DNA of 64,000 nt, taken from Paraspadella gotoi (Eukaryota; Animalia; Chaetognatha). This document shows positions 1 through 14,140 of the stretch, in pieces (position 1 is the first letter of the stretch; each line of letters begins with the position of its first letter). Where the stretch lies: assembly GCA_051294375.1 (NCBI GenBank), contig CM119270.1:2095535-2159534 (forward strand), in the 5' to 3' direction. The notes below the pieces were generated by a model. The model was not told the DNA's origin and did not search any database. It saw only the letters and a list, made by a program, of their open reading frames with translations. The translations under genes and the position numbers were made by a program.

Positions 1-339
1 TTAATAGTCACGTGACCACTGACCAGTGTAGGATTGATCTTTCTAATGTGTTTCTTTTTCGTTGGAATTTCCTCAACTAATTATTTTTTACTCTTTATTC
101 TTTTCCTTCCTTTCCTTCAGTCCTTTCCCCACAATTGTACTGGGCCTTGGTAGGGCCTTCATTTGGCATCCACCAGGCCTCAACCAGGCCTCAATCAAGT
201 CTACATTAGACCACTTTTAGGTTTCCTTCCGGACTCCTTCAACCCTCTATCAGGATTCTGCCATTTAGCTTTCGGCGCCTCGTTGCCTCCCCAATGTGGA
301 CTCGCCCCGTCATCGTCCTCAAACCCTCAATCTCACTTT

Positions 340-485
<146 letters not shown>

Positions 486-582
486 CGACTTTAGCCTTGA
501 CTGTTTTTTTACGCCGAGCGGCGAAACTTTAAACTCGGGTTGTTGAGGTCGTATCGGTCCTGGTAGCTGAGTATAAAACGCA

Positions 583-625
<43 letters not shown>

Positions 626-2643
626 GAGAGTGAGAGTGAGAGTAACTACTCCAACGATGCCCTCTTAGAGTCACAGAGAGCCTAGTTATTTCCTAAAATA
701 AAGTGAGAGAAAACGCGATAAAAATTCTTTGAGCTTTTCAATTATTACTACTATTTACATGGTTAGTACTGTAAATATACAAATGTAATACAATACAATA
801 CAATACAATACTGTAAAATACAAGTGCAACTCATGCACTAACTAACAGTACATGCATCGATTTAATAGTATTTCTGTCAAGGTTTAGTTTAAAAAACTAA
901 TTTACAATTTCAAAAACCGTTCCCACGCGAAGGAAGCAACGAGTCAAATATTTTTCAAGCGCCTCGAGCTTCGTGAGCCTCGTGATGAATCAGTGATTCT
1001 CCGTGAAACCTCTTCTTCAGGTTTGGGGTAATTTTCACTGAGGGTAATTTATCANNNNNNNNNNNNNNNNNNNNNNNNNNNNNNNNNNNNNNNNNNNNNN
1101 NNNNNNNNNNNNNNNNNNNNNNNNNNNNNNNNNNNNNNNNNNNNNNNNNNNNNNNNNNNNNNNNNNNNNNNNNNNNNNNNNNNNNNNNNNNNNNNNNNNN
1201 NNNNNNNNNNNNNNNNNNNNNNNNNNNNNNNNNNNNNNNNNNNNNNNNNNNNNNNNNNNNNNNNNNNNNNNNNNNNNNNNNNNNNNNNNNNNNNNNNNNN
1301 NNNNNNNNNNNNNNNNNNNNNNNNNNNNNNNNNNNNNNNNNNNNNNNNNNNNNNNNNNNNNNNNNNNNNNNNNNNNNNNNNNNNNNNNNNNNNNNNNNNN
1401 NNNNNNNNNNNNNNNNNNNNNNNNNNNNNNNNNNNNNNNNNNNNNNNNNNNNNNNNNNNNNNNNNNNNNNNNNNNNNNNNNNNNNNNNNNNNNNNNNNNN
1501 NNNNNNNNNNNNNNNNNNNNNNNNNNNNNNNNNNNNNNNNNNNNNNNNNNNNNNNNNNNNNNNNNNNNNNNNNNNNNNNNNNNNNNNNNNNNNNNNNNNN
1601 NNNNNNNNNNNNNNNNNNNNNNNTTACGGTAGTTCGTGCCTTTGAAACGATGATGGGTGGAGTCCGACGTTGCAGCGAGTGGCGGGATAAAATCTTTCCT
1701 TCAGGCCTCCATCAAATTAACTCTCTTGGTCGAGACCCGCCAAAATATTTCTGAGGCGAGGCGTCTAGGTAATTCCTTGTTGGAACGACATGGAGTTGGA
1801 GTCCGAACCAACAAGTGCCTCAGGCAGGCGGGATTAAAATCTTCCTTGCCTCAACACTTTTCCTTTTCCGCAAGCCAAGACAAACCGTCGAACGTCGTGC
1901 GTGTCGTCTTACCATTCTCTCGCTTGGTTTACCGCACCGACCGAGAGAGACGAGAAAGAAGAAGAAGAGAGACAGAGGAGATGAAAGAGAGAGAGAGACG
2001 AGAGAGAGAGAAGAGGAGAGAGAGAGAGAGAGAGAGAGCAGAGACGAGAGAGAGAAGACGAGAGACGAGAGAGAGAGAGGAGGGAAGATGGAAAACTAGA
2101 AAGGTGATGGAGGAAAGGAGGAAAGAAGAGACTTGAGAAATTGGAGGGAAAATAGAAGATAGAAAATATGGAATGTTAGGTACGATGAAAAGTGAAGGAA
2201 GAGAGAGAGAGAGACAATAATTTTTAAAATGATTAAAGTGAACCATAGAATTAAAATTAAAAAAAGTAATACTAATAAAAATCACTCAGCATTCGGGAAA
2301 TTCAGTGGGTAACAAAATGGAAGAAAAATAAAGAAAATAAAAAATGTATATTTATCTTTCTCATTTTCCTTTTTATTTCATTTTTGTTTTCTTTTAATAT
2401 CTTTGGCTTAAAAGTCTATTTTGAATGTTCCGGAAATTAAAAGAAAATATAAGGGAGCGAATTGACAAAGAGAAGAAAAGAAAAGAGAAAAGAAAAGAAA
2501 TAGAAAAGAATGAGAATCCTCGTTAAAGAAAAGAAAGGAAGAAATAAAGGATTAGCACGAAAACGAGCGTAAACAGAGAGAGAGAGGGAGAGAGAGAAAG
2601 ATAAAGTGGGAGAGAGACAAATAAAAGAAAAAAAGGTTAGTTT

Positions 2644-2689
<46 letters not shown>

Positions 2690-3508
2690 GGTTCCAAGGC
2701 GAAAATGTCTGCGAATGAACGACTTTTTTTCGACAGTCATCATCGTTTTCAATGACGATTCACTCTAATTGTTTTCGTTGTTGTTGTTGTTGTAGTTTCA
2801 CTTGCCAATTACTATTATGGTGAGAGAACTGAGAATAGTACTATTTTTACAATTATTATGTTTTACAATGCTCAAAACTCAAGTTCTCATATTTATCCAC
2901 AGTAAAAACTGTAAAATAATCATTCCTTATTCTTCCCTTGATATTCAAAATCAAGTTAAAAAAAAAAGAAAGTAGATGTTTTCTTTCTGAAGCGTGACTC
3001 AATTTATTTTCTCTCTTCTTCATCTTTCACGCCTAAAGTATTTAATCTCCCTTCTACTTCGTTTGATGCTAAAAAAAAAACCTTTAAAAATAAAATTGGA
3101 CTGATCGTTCAATGTCCCTGAATTTTTTTTTTTCCTTTTTTGAACTTTTAGGTAAGTTCAAGTGATGCTTTTTAGGTCTGTCCGTACGTATATGTATTAG
3201 GTATATTTTGTTAAATCAGTTGTGAAAAAGTGTTTAGAAAAAAAGTTTTCCTACAAAATAAACAATTTTTTTTTTGGAAGTTGAAAAATGAAAAAGAGAT
3301 AAAGAGTAGATATAAAAAGAACAAAATATATAAAATTGCTAATGTTAATTATAATTTATAATGATTTTTTTTATGAGGGACGACGAACTTAAGAGATAAA
3401 AAAACAAGAGAACAACTTTCGTCGTGATCGCGACGTTAATGGGAAAGTGTGAGTGACTTTCTGAAAAGTGAAAACATATACCAAAGTTAATAGAGAGGGA
3501 GAGATAGG

Positions 3509-3567
<59 letters not shown>

Positions 3568-3589
3568 GATTAAAATTTCATCATTGATT

Positions 3590-3608
3590 TATTATTGTTA
3601 TTTTATTT

Positions 3609-3683
<75 letters not shown>

Positions 3684-3738
3684 TTCATTTATTTATTTAT
3701 TTATTTATTTTTATTTATTTATTTCTTTATTTTTTTGT

Positions 3739-3769
<31 letters not shown>

Positions 3770-3842
3770 TTCATTTATTTATTTATTTTTATTTATTTAT
3801 TTCTTTATTTTTTTGTTTATTTATTTACTTATTCATTTATTG
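3590..3842. repeat. (TTTA)n microsatellite
   Basis: Direct inspection. Confidence 0.95.
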
Positions 3843-3846
3843 ACTT

Positions 3847-3960
3847 TTTTCCCGCCTTTTGGTGATTAATCTTCAATATACCGAAATGTTATGAGGCGAT
3901 GGACGCCGGAGTCACGTGACCCAGGCGGACGGTCGTGTTGCCAACAAAATGGCGACTCAT
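3847..3960 (+). promoter_or_regulatory. Housekeeping-promoter-like motif cluster
   Basis: E2F-like TTTTCCCGCC (3847-3856), palindromic E-box/CLEAR GTCACGTGAC (3911-3920) and YY1-like AAAATGGCG (3946-3954) in a small CpG-rich patch. Motif evidence only. Confidence 0.3.
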
Positions 3961-3992
3961 TGACGAATGAGTAAAGATTTTTCAATATTCCT

Positions 3993-4027
<35 letters not shown>

Positions 4028-4124
4028 TTTTTTTTTGGCCCACAGAAAACGCATCAGTCTCCCGGCGCCACGCTACACTATCTCTCTCTTCTCTCCTTCT
4101 CTCTCTCTCTCTCTCGCTCTCTCC

Positions 4125-4155
<31 letters not shown>

Positions 4156-4946
4156 ACTTTTTTTTTCTGGTGAAGTCGTTTTTTTTTCCATGACATTTGA
4201 TATCAGGTTGAATCCTCTTCACGCCAGAACTGAAGATGCATTTTCACTAGGATGTTGAAAACAGTTGCTCGTTAGATGGATGGATCCAGACAGTCTTGCA
4301 GACAGACAAAAGGACAGATCTTGACGAACAGATTAAAAGAAAGACAGACATACTGATTAAAAGACAATCTGACATTCAAACAGACAGAGAGAAAGAGCGA
4401 TGGATATACAGATCGAGGTTTATAAAAACCAAATCGAATGTAATGGAAATACAATTTGTATGAAATTCAACTTTTCATTAATTTGAAGATAATTTTAAAT
4501 TTGACTAAAAAACTTGTAACTTGGTTTTATAAATCGCCAACATCAATTTCCATGTCTTGCGTCACATTATTTTTTTTACAAATCCTCAGTTAAACCTCAT
4601 TTGCATGTTACTATAATTTTTTGCAAACGAGTTTTAAAATCAACAAAAACTGTTTATTATTAGGTGAATACACAACTTTACAATTATGAAATATATATCT
4701 TTAAAGTATTTTTAATTATTACCTAATTTTTCCGTAAATAACCAAACAATTATTAATAATTATAATATATTATAATTATTGCTTAATTTTGCTGTAAATA
4801 GACAAACCGACTGACCGACCGAAAAGTGACTTATGGAGTTTCTCCTCGATTACTCGCGACTCAACCAAAAAAAAAAAAAGATTTTTGGAGGCCGAGTTAA
4901 GGTTGTCGCCATTTCTTACTCGAAAAGCGACGTATTTACAAAGAAG

Positions 4947-4947
<1 letters not shown>

Positions 4948-4977
<30 letters not shown>

Positions 4978-5185
4978 AGAAGAAGAAGAAGAAGAAGAAG
5001 AAGAAAAAGAAGAAGAAGACGGGGATAAATCGATCAACAAAGTTGTGGAGTAAACAACACCTGTCGACCCTTTGGAGGGAGAGGAGGAGGAGGAGGAGGA
5101 GGAGGAGGAGGAAGAAGATAAAGAGGACGAGGCAAAAAAGTCGTTCCTGTGGACATGAGGAGGAAAACGACGAAGATGATGATGG

Positions 5186-5235
<50 letters not shown>

Positions 5236-5275
5236 TCGATGAAGACAAAAACGACAACGACAACGAGAACAACGA
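4948..5275. repeat. Compound trinucleotide array (GAC)n-(GAA)n-(GAG)n-(GAT)n
   Basis: Direct inspection. Confidence 0.9.
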
Positions 5276-5496
5276 CTTAGAAGAGGACGACGGCCCAGGG
5301 AATAATGGAGGTCGTAGAGATGACGACGACGACATTGTGCCAATACACATTACGTGGAACCTATATCGTCAAATAAAGTAAAAAAATAATATTAGGGCGT
5401 TATGGTGCAAATAACTAAGAAGATCTGTAGTGGGGCATTGCAATATTTTCACCCCGCCTGTCACCTTCAGTNNNNNNNNNNNNNNNNNNNNNNNNN

Positions 5497-5975
5497 AAGA
5501 TCGGATCCAAATTCGGCTACCGCTAGATGTCGCATCCCCAAATTGTACACGGCATCGATCCCCAATGGTACCAAGATCGATCTTCATTGGTACCGAGACT
5601 CCGATCCCCAGAGTGCAGCGCGGAGAGTGGCGGCGCGCGAGCATGTGGGTGCCCGGGGATCGATCCCCATTATTTGGCTTACCGAAATCGCATTCCCATC
5701 TGTACCGGGATCGATCCCCCAATCGTACCAAGATCTGACATCTCTCATTAGGTACGCCGAGCATCGAATTCCCCACAATTGGTTATCCGGGGATCGATAC
5801 CCAAATGTGCTACTGAGATGCGATCCCCCGATAGGTTACGCAGATCGATCCCAATGTAGTACCGGGATCGCAGCATCCCCAGATCGCGTACCAAGATACG
5901 ATCGGTTTCAATTTGTATCGCAGATCGATCCCCAAAATTGCTCCCGGGCGGCATCGATCCTCAATACGGTACCTA
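5497..5975. repeat. Noisy ~23-bp satellite (GATCGATCCCCAATTGGTACCGG-like)
   Basis: Recurring gatcgatcccc / ggtacc words about every 20-25 nt right after a 25-N gap; GC-rich relative to flanks; heavy indel noise. Confidence 0.7.
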
Positions 5976-8466
5976 AACCAGCTTGCGGGAAGCGTAGTGA
6001 GTGCACGCGCCGCTAAAGCCCTCTCGCCTGCGCCGCTTCCAATAGTCGTAGGAACATCGTTTGTCATTGCTGGCTTTTGCGGGCCACCGGAATTGCTGCT
6101 TTGGGGGCACCGAAGATAAGGATAATTATTAAATTAACAGTTAGTTTTAACAAAAAGTTATGATGAACCATAATGTAAACTAAAGTAAAAAAAAACAAAT
6201 TGAAAAGGGAAGAAAAGAAACGGAGAGGAAATAAAAAGTGAAGACAAAACGGAAAAAAAAACAACTTAAAAACTAAAACGAAACTGAGTGAAAGTTGAAA
6301 GTTAACAATAGAAAACAAAATTATGTGCGAATGTGATGATGACGATGTCAGCGATGATGTCAAAGACAGCAACGATGACAATGTTAACCATGACGATGTC
6401 AGCGATGATGACAACCACGATGACGATGTCAACGACGACGATGACGACGTAAAAACTAACGTCACTGACGTGAACGCAGTCCGGTGAAAAATTGAATGGA
6501 ATCGAGTTTCACAATCGCGCAATCGGCATCAATGTGACCGGAGCAGCTGACGCTTTCCCCTCCATCACTCCAGCACTTATAAAAGGCTCGCTCTCGCTCT
6601 TTCTCTCTTTCTCTCTCTCTCTACAAACGCTTATATTGAAAAAGTGACTCGTCTCACAGGAGAAAGTAAAGTGAGGAATGAGTGTGAAAAGGTAAGGGCG
6701 AAGAACAGAAGGTAAGTTAAAATCAATTAAGTGAATTTGAATCCGAGTGAAGTTTGGCAGCGTCATGTGTAAGACTTTAGCGAGACGTGATAATTGTAAG
6801 TGTCGTCTCACATGTCACACGTGAACAAGAGAAAATGGTTTCCAAGTTGTGCGGAGACGGGCGGAGCCGAGATGATTGTGTGCAATGCAAATCGGCGTCA
6901 CGGCGGTTGAAACATTCACGCTTTTGAGAGGAATTTTCCGATCGACTGTACTTGACGTCTCACATTTTTTTTTTTTCAGTTTAATACGATGTTGAATGTG
7001 AAATTAACCAGTTTGCCGAAGCAAAAAATTGTCAATCGTTTTCACTTTTCTTGTGATATATACCGAGTGACAAAGAAACACGAAGGGAAAACAACTCGCA
7101 ATTTTTCTAATTCAGGTTTTTGATTACCGGTTCTTTCTCCACTGTTTTATCACAGCTATCTATCACAATTCCTTATCACAAGGTTCAGAAGTGTTCCCCC
7201 TCTCATGATTTCCGGCCTCATTTGTTCTGACGGACGAAATTCTTCGAAGAGGCTCGAAGGATGTCGGAACAATTTTTTATGAAGAAGAATGAGTGCGTCG
7301 AGATTTCAACGAGTGGCGTTCGTCCAAAAGCGGAGACGGCCGCTGCCGCCCCGCCAGTGGCCGCCGCAGCCGTACTTACCCCTTTTTTGATAGAATACGC
7401 GGTCTTTTAAGAAAGAAGAATGAGAGAGAGAGAAAAGACGAGATGAGACTGAGAGAGGAGAGAGAAGAGAGAGAGGAGATGAGAGAGATGAGAGAGAGAG
7501 AGGAGAGAGAGAGGTGAGTTTGTCAAGAAACTCATGAAGTCGAGTTTAAATGAGCGAGAAGGCGATCGAGTACTCCCGCATGCCGAAGAGAAGTATTGAA
7601 AGAAAAAGAGTGTAATGAATGAGTTCGTTTGCGAGAGACAAAAGTGGGGCCACTAGTTTTCGAGATACGTCTCATTTCTGTTTTTGTTTATGAGCTTAAT
7701 TTTAACTGAATAATTTAAGACTAATCTTTTATGCTGATTCATAAACATTAATCCTTTTCCCAAAAATACATACGTAATCGGTAATCCCTTTTATTTTTCT
7801 CACGCTCTAATACTCTTTTTCCCTTACTACTAATTATCAATCCTAACCCTAACAAAATTTTTTAAATTTATACCTTAAAAAAAATTAATTCTTAATTAAA
7901 GCTAAAATCGGCGGGCTTTCCGAAAATATTTCCGAAACGTCCTAACGGAATTGGATCGTTGAAAAAAAATTAATGCATTGTGGAACGCTGTGAAAAAAAA
8001 GAAGCTAGAAAATTTAATGAAACGCGGGAAGAATATTCTTATGAAGATGAGATTGATAGGAGAAGTTGTGGGAGATTATTGGGAACTGTGCAGAAATATG
8101 GGAAGTGGTGGGAGCTCACAGATGAGTTTCTTGTTCATGTTCAGTTGTCTTTATAATTATTAATTATGATCGAAATTGAAGAGCCGAGAAACGCCTATTA
8201 GTTTTTATTATTATCTTCTTTTGATAATTTCATTTTTTCGTTCTTAACTACGTTTAATTTAAAAACTGCAACAAATAATATTATCTTGGTGGGCGGAGTT
8301 GGGGGAGAGGGGGCGGAGGTGGAGAGTGATGGGTGATGGGAGTAATCATAAAAAAAATGATCAGGCGATCCTGACTGACCCAAAATTCATTGTGGCATGA
8401 CCTCTACTTTTTATCTTGCTCCTCTTATCTCTTCCTATTCTCTCTCTCTCTCTCTTTTCTCTCTCT

Positions 8467-8520
<54 letters not shown>

Positions 8521-9437
8521 TCTCTCTCGTATCTCTCTCTTTTTTTAATAACAGCCATCATACCATTCAGCTTTTTCTTTGCTCTGAGTCGAAGGAGATA
8601 AATAAAATAAGGAATAAAATTGCAAATTTTTCGTCAAAATTCGCAGTGAGATTTTTTTTTTTTTTTTTGAGAGATCGAGAGAGAGATGGAGAGGAGAGAG
8701 AAGAGAGAGGAGAGAGACGAGAAGCAGACGAGAGCGATTGAGAGAAGAGAGAGAGGAATGAGAGAAGAGGAGAGAGAGAGGAACCCGTAGGAATTTTAGT
8801 GCCTCCATAATACCGCCATCTGTTGGGAGAACACGAAAGTGGAAAGGAAATTCTGATCATTCGCGTTTTATAACAGACAAAAGACACTCGAGGGGAGGGA
8901 ATGATTATGACGAGCGGAACATGTTGGCTCAGCTCTGAAAGAGTGTGTTTTACTCTTTTATTTTTGTTAGATCGATTGACTTATTTGATCAATTACCAAT
9001 TCAGTTGAATTTTTTTTCTTCAAGCTGAATTTTAAAAATAATAAAAATAATAAACATAAGACAGCGATTAAAAAAAAAAACCAGTTCTGCCGTTATAAAA
9101 AGCGGTGAGCTGCAGCTCCGCCATTTCAACCACATGGTGTCTTGATTTCGTGACTCTGAGGCCGTAAGAGCGAATTCCGAGATTGTCTTTGTGATGTCAG
9201 TCAGTGATAACTCAGCGATTGACATTTCAATCATTGATATCACTCTTTCATCGTTTTATGGTTGACATTTCAATCATTGATATCACTCTTTCATCGTTTT
9301 ATGGTTCACTGGGAAAACAAAATAAACTTTTTTAGTTCCTTAGTTTTTTACTTTTTAATGGTGAATGATATCAATTTCATACCTGTGAGAGTAATTATGA
9401 TAGAAATTGTACGATCCATTCACAGAACTCTCACTGC

Positions 9438-9522
<85 letters not shown>

Positions 9523-9585
9523 GAACATCGGTCAAAGATCAAAGATAACAAACGGAGAACTCTCTGTAGGAAAAGCGGAGACCGC

Positions 9586-9666
<81 letters not shown>

Positions 9667-10746
9667 AGAGAGAGAGTGGCAATTGCCATAGTGCCATCAT
9701 ACTGCCGTGCCATCAATTGCCATCTTCTCGACGGATCTTCTATCATAGTTAATTCGAAGAGAAGCGACCAGCGCAGCCGCAGCCGCAGGCACAGCCGCCA
9801 CCCGCCGCCGCCGCCGCCGCCGCCGCCACCCGCCGCCGCTGCCACCGGCCGCCCGCCGCCCCGAGTCTTCCAAATTTCCACGCAGAAGATTTTTTTCTTG
9901 GAACGAGGAAGCAATTCTGGAGGCGGTCGTCTACCAGAAGTGGCGAAGATGAAGGAAAAAAAGGAGAGAAACCAGAGTGACGATGATATTGATGATTTGA
10001 TGAATATGATGATGATACTGTTGATGACCACGACTATGATCATCATAATGACGACAATGATGAGATGATGATGACCTAAATGATTGTTTTAATAACGTCA
10101 TTATGATGATTGTGATGATAATGACAAAGTTGAAGTTTTCCGACGATGATGATGATAATTAATATGGGTGATATTATATGACGATGATAAAGTTGATGAT
10201 CGTGATTATGATGATAGTGATTAGAAAATTGACAAAGTTTTGTTTGCAACGAATTTTATTTAAGTTTGAACAGACAATGTTTCGACTTGTTTTACAAGTC
10301 TTCATCAGTGTTTTATAGTGATAAAAAAGAACACGTCAATGATTATGTCGAGGATAGTGATTGTTGATGATAAAACTGATATGACGATGATTATGAAGAT
10401 GATGACTTAGAGGATAATGAGGATTTTTGTGACGAAAAAAGTGAATATTGACAAGCGGATGACAAAAAATATTACAAGGAAGTTTGGAAAAGAAACCAGA
10501 TACTTGACACTTGTTGGCGGGAGTTGTCAGAGAGAAAAAAAAGAGAAAAAAAAAACCAAATTCCATTGTGTCACGATTTCTTTGTGACTGGACGACCACG
10601 ACGAACAACGACGACGACAATGATGATGACGACGACAACAACGATGAGGACGACAATGACGACGACGACGACGACGACGACGAGAAATGTCGAGAATCGC
10701 GAGACCCAAAAAATTGCTGAATCGTTTGGAGGATGAGAGTGGATGA

Positions 10747-10823
<77 letters not shown>

Positions 10824-11067
10824 AGAGAGAGAAGAGAGAGAGAGAGAGAAGAGAAGAGAGATCAAATTCATAACTTCTTCATTTATTGTTGTTTTAACTC
10901 TACGACATTCTACTTTTCGTTTTTCGGAAAAGACAATTTTGTCAACATATAAAGATTAAAACAGACAGAAAGACAGACTGACAAACCGATCGACCTCGCG
11001 AACCTAAATTCACAGATGTGATGCATGGGTCTAGCGAAGAATNNNNNNNNNNNNNNNNNNNNNNNNN

Positions 11068-11448
11068 TGTTGAAGAGAATTAGGGAAGTGTTGGGAGCTC
11101 ACAGATGGAGTTTCTTGTTCATGTTCAGTTGTCTTTTATAATATTATTAATTATGTTACGAAATTGAAGAGCGAGGAAACGCAATTAGTTTTTTATTATT
11201 AATCTTCTTTTGATAAATTTCATTTTTCGTTCTTAACTATGTTTAATTAAAAACTGCAACAAATCTTTAATCTGGTGGGTAGTTGGGGGGGAGAGGCGGG
11301 GGAGGTGGGATGGGTGATGGGAGGAAATCATATAAAAAATTGATCAGTGGATCCGGTGACCCAAAATCATTGGAGGCATGACCTCTACTTTATTCTTGCT
11401 CCTCTTATCTCTCTCTTCTCTCTCTCTCTCTCCTCTCTTGCTCTCTCC

Positions 11449-11503
<55 letters not shown>

Positions 11504-11665
11504 TCTCTCTCTCTCCTCTCTCTCTACTCTCTCTCTTTTTTTAAATAACAGCATTCATACCATCAGCTTTTTCATGCTCTGAGTATAAAAAAAATAAGCG
11601 AACTAAAAATTGCAAATTTTTCGTCAAAATTCGCAGTTGAGATTTTTTTTTTTTTTTTTTTGATT

Positions 11666-11711
<46 letters not shown>

Positions 11712-12440
11712 GACGAGAAGAGAGAGAGGAGGAGAAGAAGAGGAGAGAGAGAGGGAGAGAGGAGACGAGAGGAACCCTAGGAATTTTAGTTGCCATCCAT
11801 ATATACCGCCATCTGTTGGGATGAGAACACGAAAGTGGAAAGGAAATTCTGAATCATTACGCGTTTTATACAGACAAAAGACACTCGAGGGAGCGGATAA
11901 TTGGGATTTATGACGAGCGAACATGTTGGCTCAGCTCTGAGGAGTGTGTTTTAACTCTTTTATTTTTCGTTTAGATTATTGATTTATTTGATCAATTACC
12001 AATTCAGTTGAATTTTTTTTCTTGAAGCTGAATTTTAAAAATAATGAAAATAAATAAACATAAGACAGCGATTTAAAAAAAAAACCAGTTCTTGCCGTTA
12101 TAAAAAGCGGTGAGCTGCCAGCTCCGCCATTTCAACCACACGGTGTCTTGATTTTTGTGACTCTGAGGCCGTGAAAGCGAATTTCGAGATTGTCTTTGTG
12201 ATGTCAGTCCAGTGATAACTCAGCGTATGACATTTCAATCATTGATATCACTCTTTCATCGTCTTTATGTTTCACTGGGGAAACAAAATAACTTTTTTTA
12301 GTTCCTTAGTTTTTTACTTTTTATGGTGAATGATATACAATTTCATACCTGTGAGAGTAATTATGAATAGAATTGTACGAATCCATTCACAGAACTCTCA
12401 CTGCGTCTCTTCTCTCTCTCTCTCTCTTCTCTCTCTCTCC

Positions 12441-12489
<49 letters not shown>

Positions 12490-12550
12490 GAACATCGGTC
12501 AAAGATCAAAGATAACAAACGAGACTCTCTGTAGGAAAAGCGGAGACCGC

Positions 12551-12635
<85 letters not shown>

Positions 12636-13843
12636 AGAGAGAGAGTGCAATTGCCATAGTGCCATCATACTGCCGTGCCATCAATTGCCATCTTCTCGAC
12701 GGATCTTCTATCATAGTTAATTCGAAGAGAAGCGACCAGCGCAGCCGCAGCAGCGCACAGCCGCCACCCGCCGCCGCCCCGCCGCCGCCCGCCGCACCCG
12801 CCGCCCCCGCGCCTGGCCGACCCCCCCACACCAGCCGGCCCCGCCCCCCGAGTCTACCAAAGTTCCACGCAAGAGATAATTTTTTTCTTTTTTCTGGAAC
12901 GGGGAAGCAGATATGCAATTCTGAGGAGGCGCTGCGTCCGTAACCAGAAGTGGCGAAGAGAATGAAGAAAAAAAGGAGAGAAACCGAAGTGACGATGATA
13001 TTGATGATTGTATGATGAATATGATGATGATACTGTTGATGACCACGACTATGATCATCTTAATGACCGACAATGATGAGATGATGATGACCTAAATGAT
13101 TGTTTTAATAACTCATTATGATGATTGTGAGATAATGACAAAAGTTGAAGTTTTCCGACGATGATGATGATATAATAATATGGGTGATAATTATGATGAC
13201 GATGATAAAGTTGATGAATCGTGATTATGATGATATGGATTAGAGAAATTGACAAAGTTTTGTTTTGGCAACGAATTTATTATATAGTTGTTGAACAGAC
13301 ATGTTTCGACTTGTTTTACAAGTCTTCTTCATGTTTTATAAGTGAAAATAAAAAAGAACACGTCAATGATTATGTTCGAGGATAGTGATTGTGTATGATA
13401 AAACTGATATGACGATGATTCATGAAGATGATGACTTAGAGGATAATGACGATTTTTGTTGACGAAAAGTGAATATTGACAAGGGGATGACAAAAAAGTA
13501 TACAAGGAAAGTTTGTTGGAAAAGAAAAACCAGATACTTGACACTTGTTGGCGGGCAGTTGTCAGAGAGAAAAAAAAGAGAAAAAAAAAAACCAAATTCC
13601 ATTGTGTTCACGATTTCTTTGTGACTGGAACGACCACGACGAACAACGACGACGACAATGGATGATGACCGACGAAAAACAACGATATGAGGACGACAAT
13701 GCGACGGACGACGACGACGACGACGACGAAAATGTCCGATGGCCGAACCCGAACAAATTGCTGAATCGTTTGGAGGATGGAGTGAGAGTGGATTGATAAA
13801 AAATTGAAGAGAGAGAGAGAGGAGAGAGAGAGAGAGGAGAGAG

Positions 13844-13882
<39 letters not shown>

Positions 13883-14140
13883 GGAGAGAGAGAGACACGA
13901 GATGGAAGAGAGAGACGATGAGAGAGGAGAAAAGAGGAGAGTATCACAAATTCATAACTTCTTCAATTTATTTGTAGTTTACTCTACAACATTCTACTCT
14001 TTCGTTCTTCTCGGAAAAGACATTTTGTCAACATATAAAGATTAAAAACAGACCCACGAAAGACAGACTGACAAAGCCGATCGACCTCCCGAACCTAAAA
14101 TTCACAGATGTGATGCATGGGGTCTGAGCGCGAAGGAATC
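11068..14140 (+). repeat. Noisy direct copy of ~8085-11042 (probable gap-filling artefact)
   Basis: Same unique words in the same order (gggagctcacagatg; ccgccatctgttggg; gccgtgccatcaattgcc; gatgtgatgcatgggt) separated by a 25-N gap at 11043-11067; differences are mostly 1-nt indels. Confidence 0.9.

Noticed and set aside
4833-5381. 182-aa ORF with poly-T/K/R/D runs
   Set aside because: Fully explained by compound trinucleotide repeats.
5402-6016. 204-aa ORF and overlapping ORFs
   Set aside because: Cross an N gap and derive from a noisy GC-rich satellite.
9680-9960. GC-rich poly-Pro/Ala/Gly ORF as an exon
   Set aside because: No convincing splice sites or homology; the frame differs between the two copies. 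Not excluded, but unsupported.
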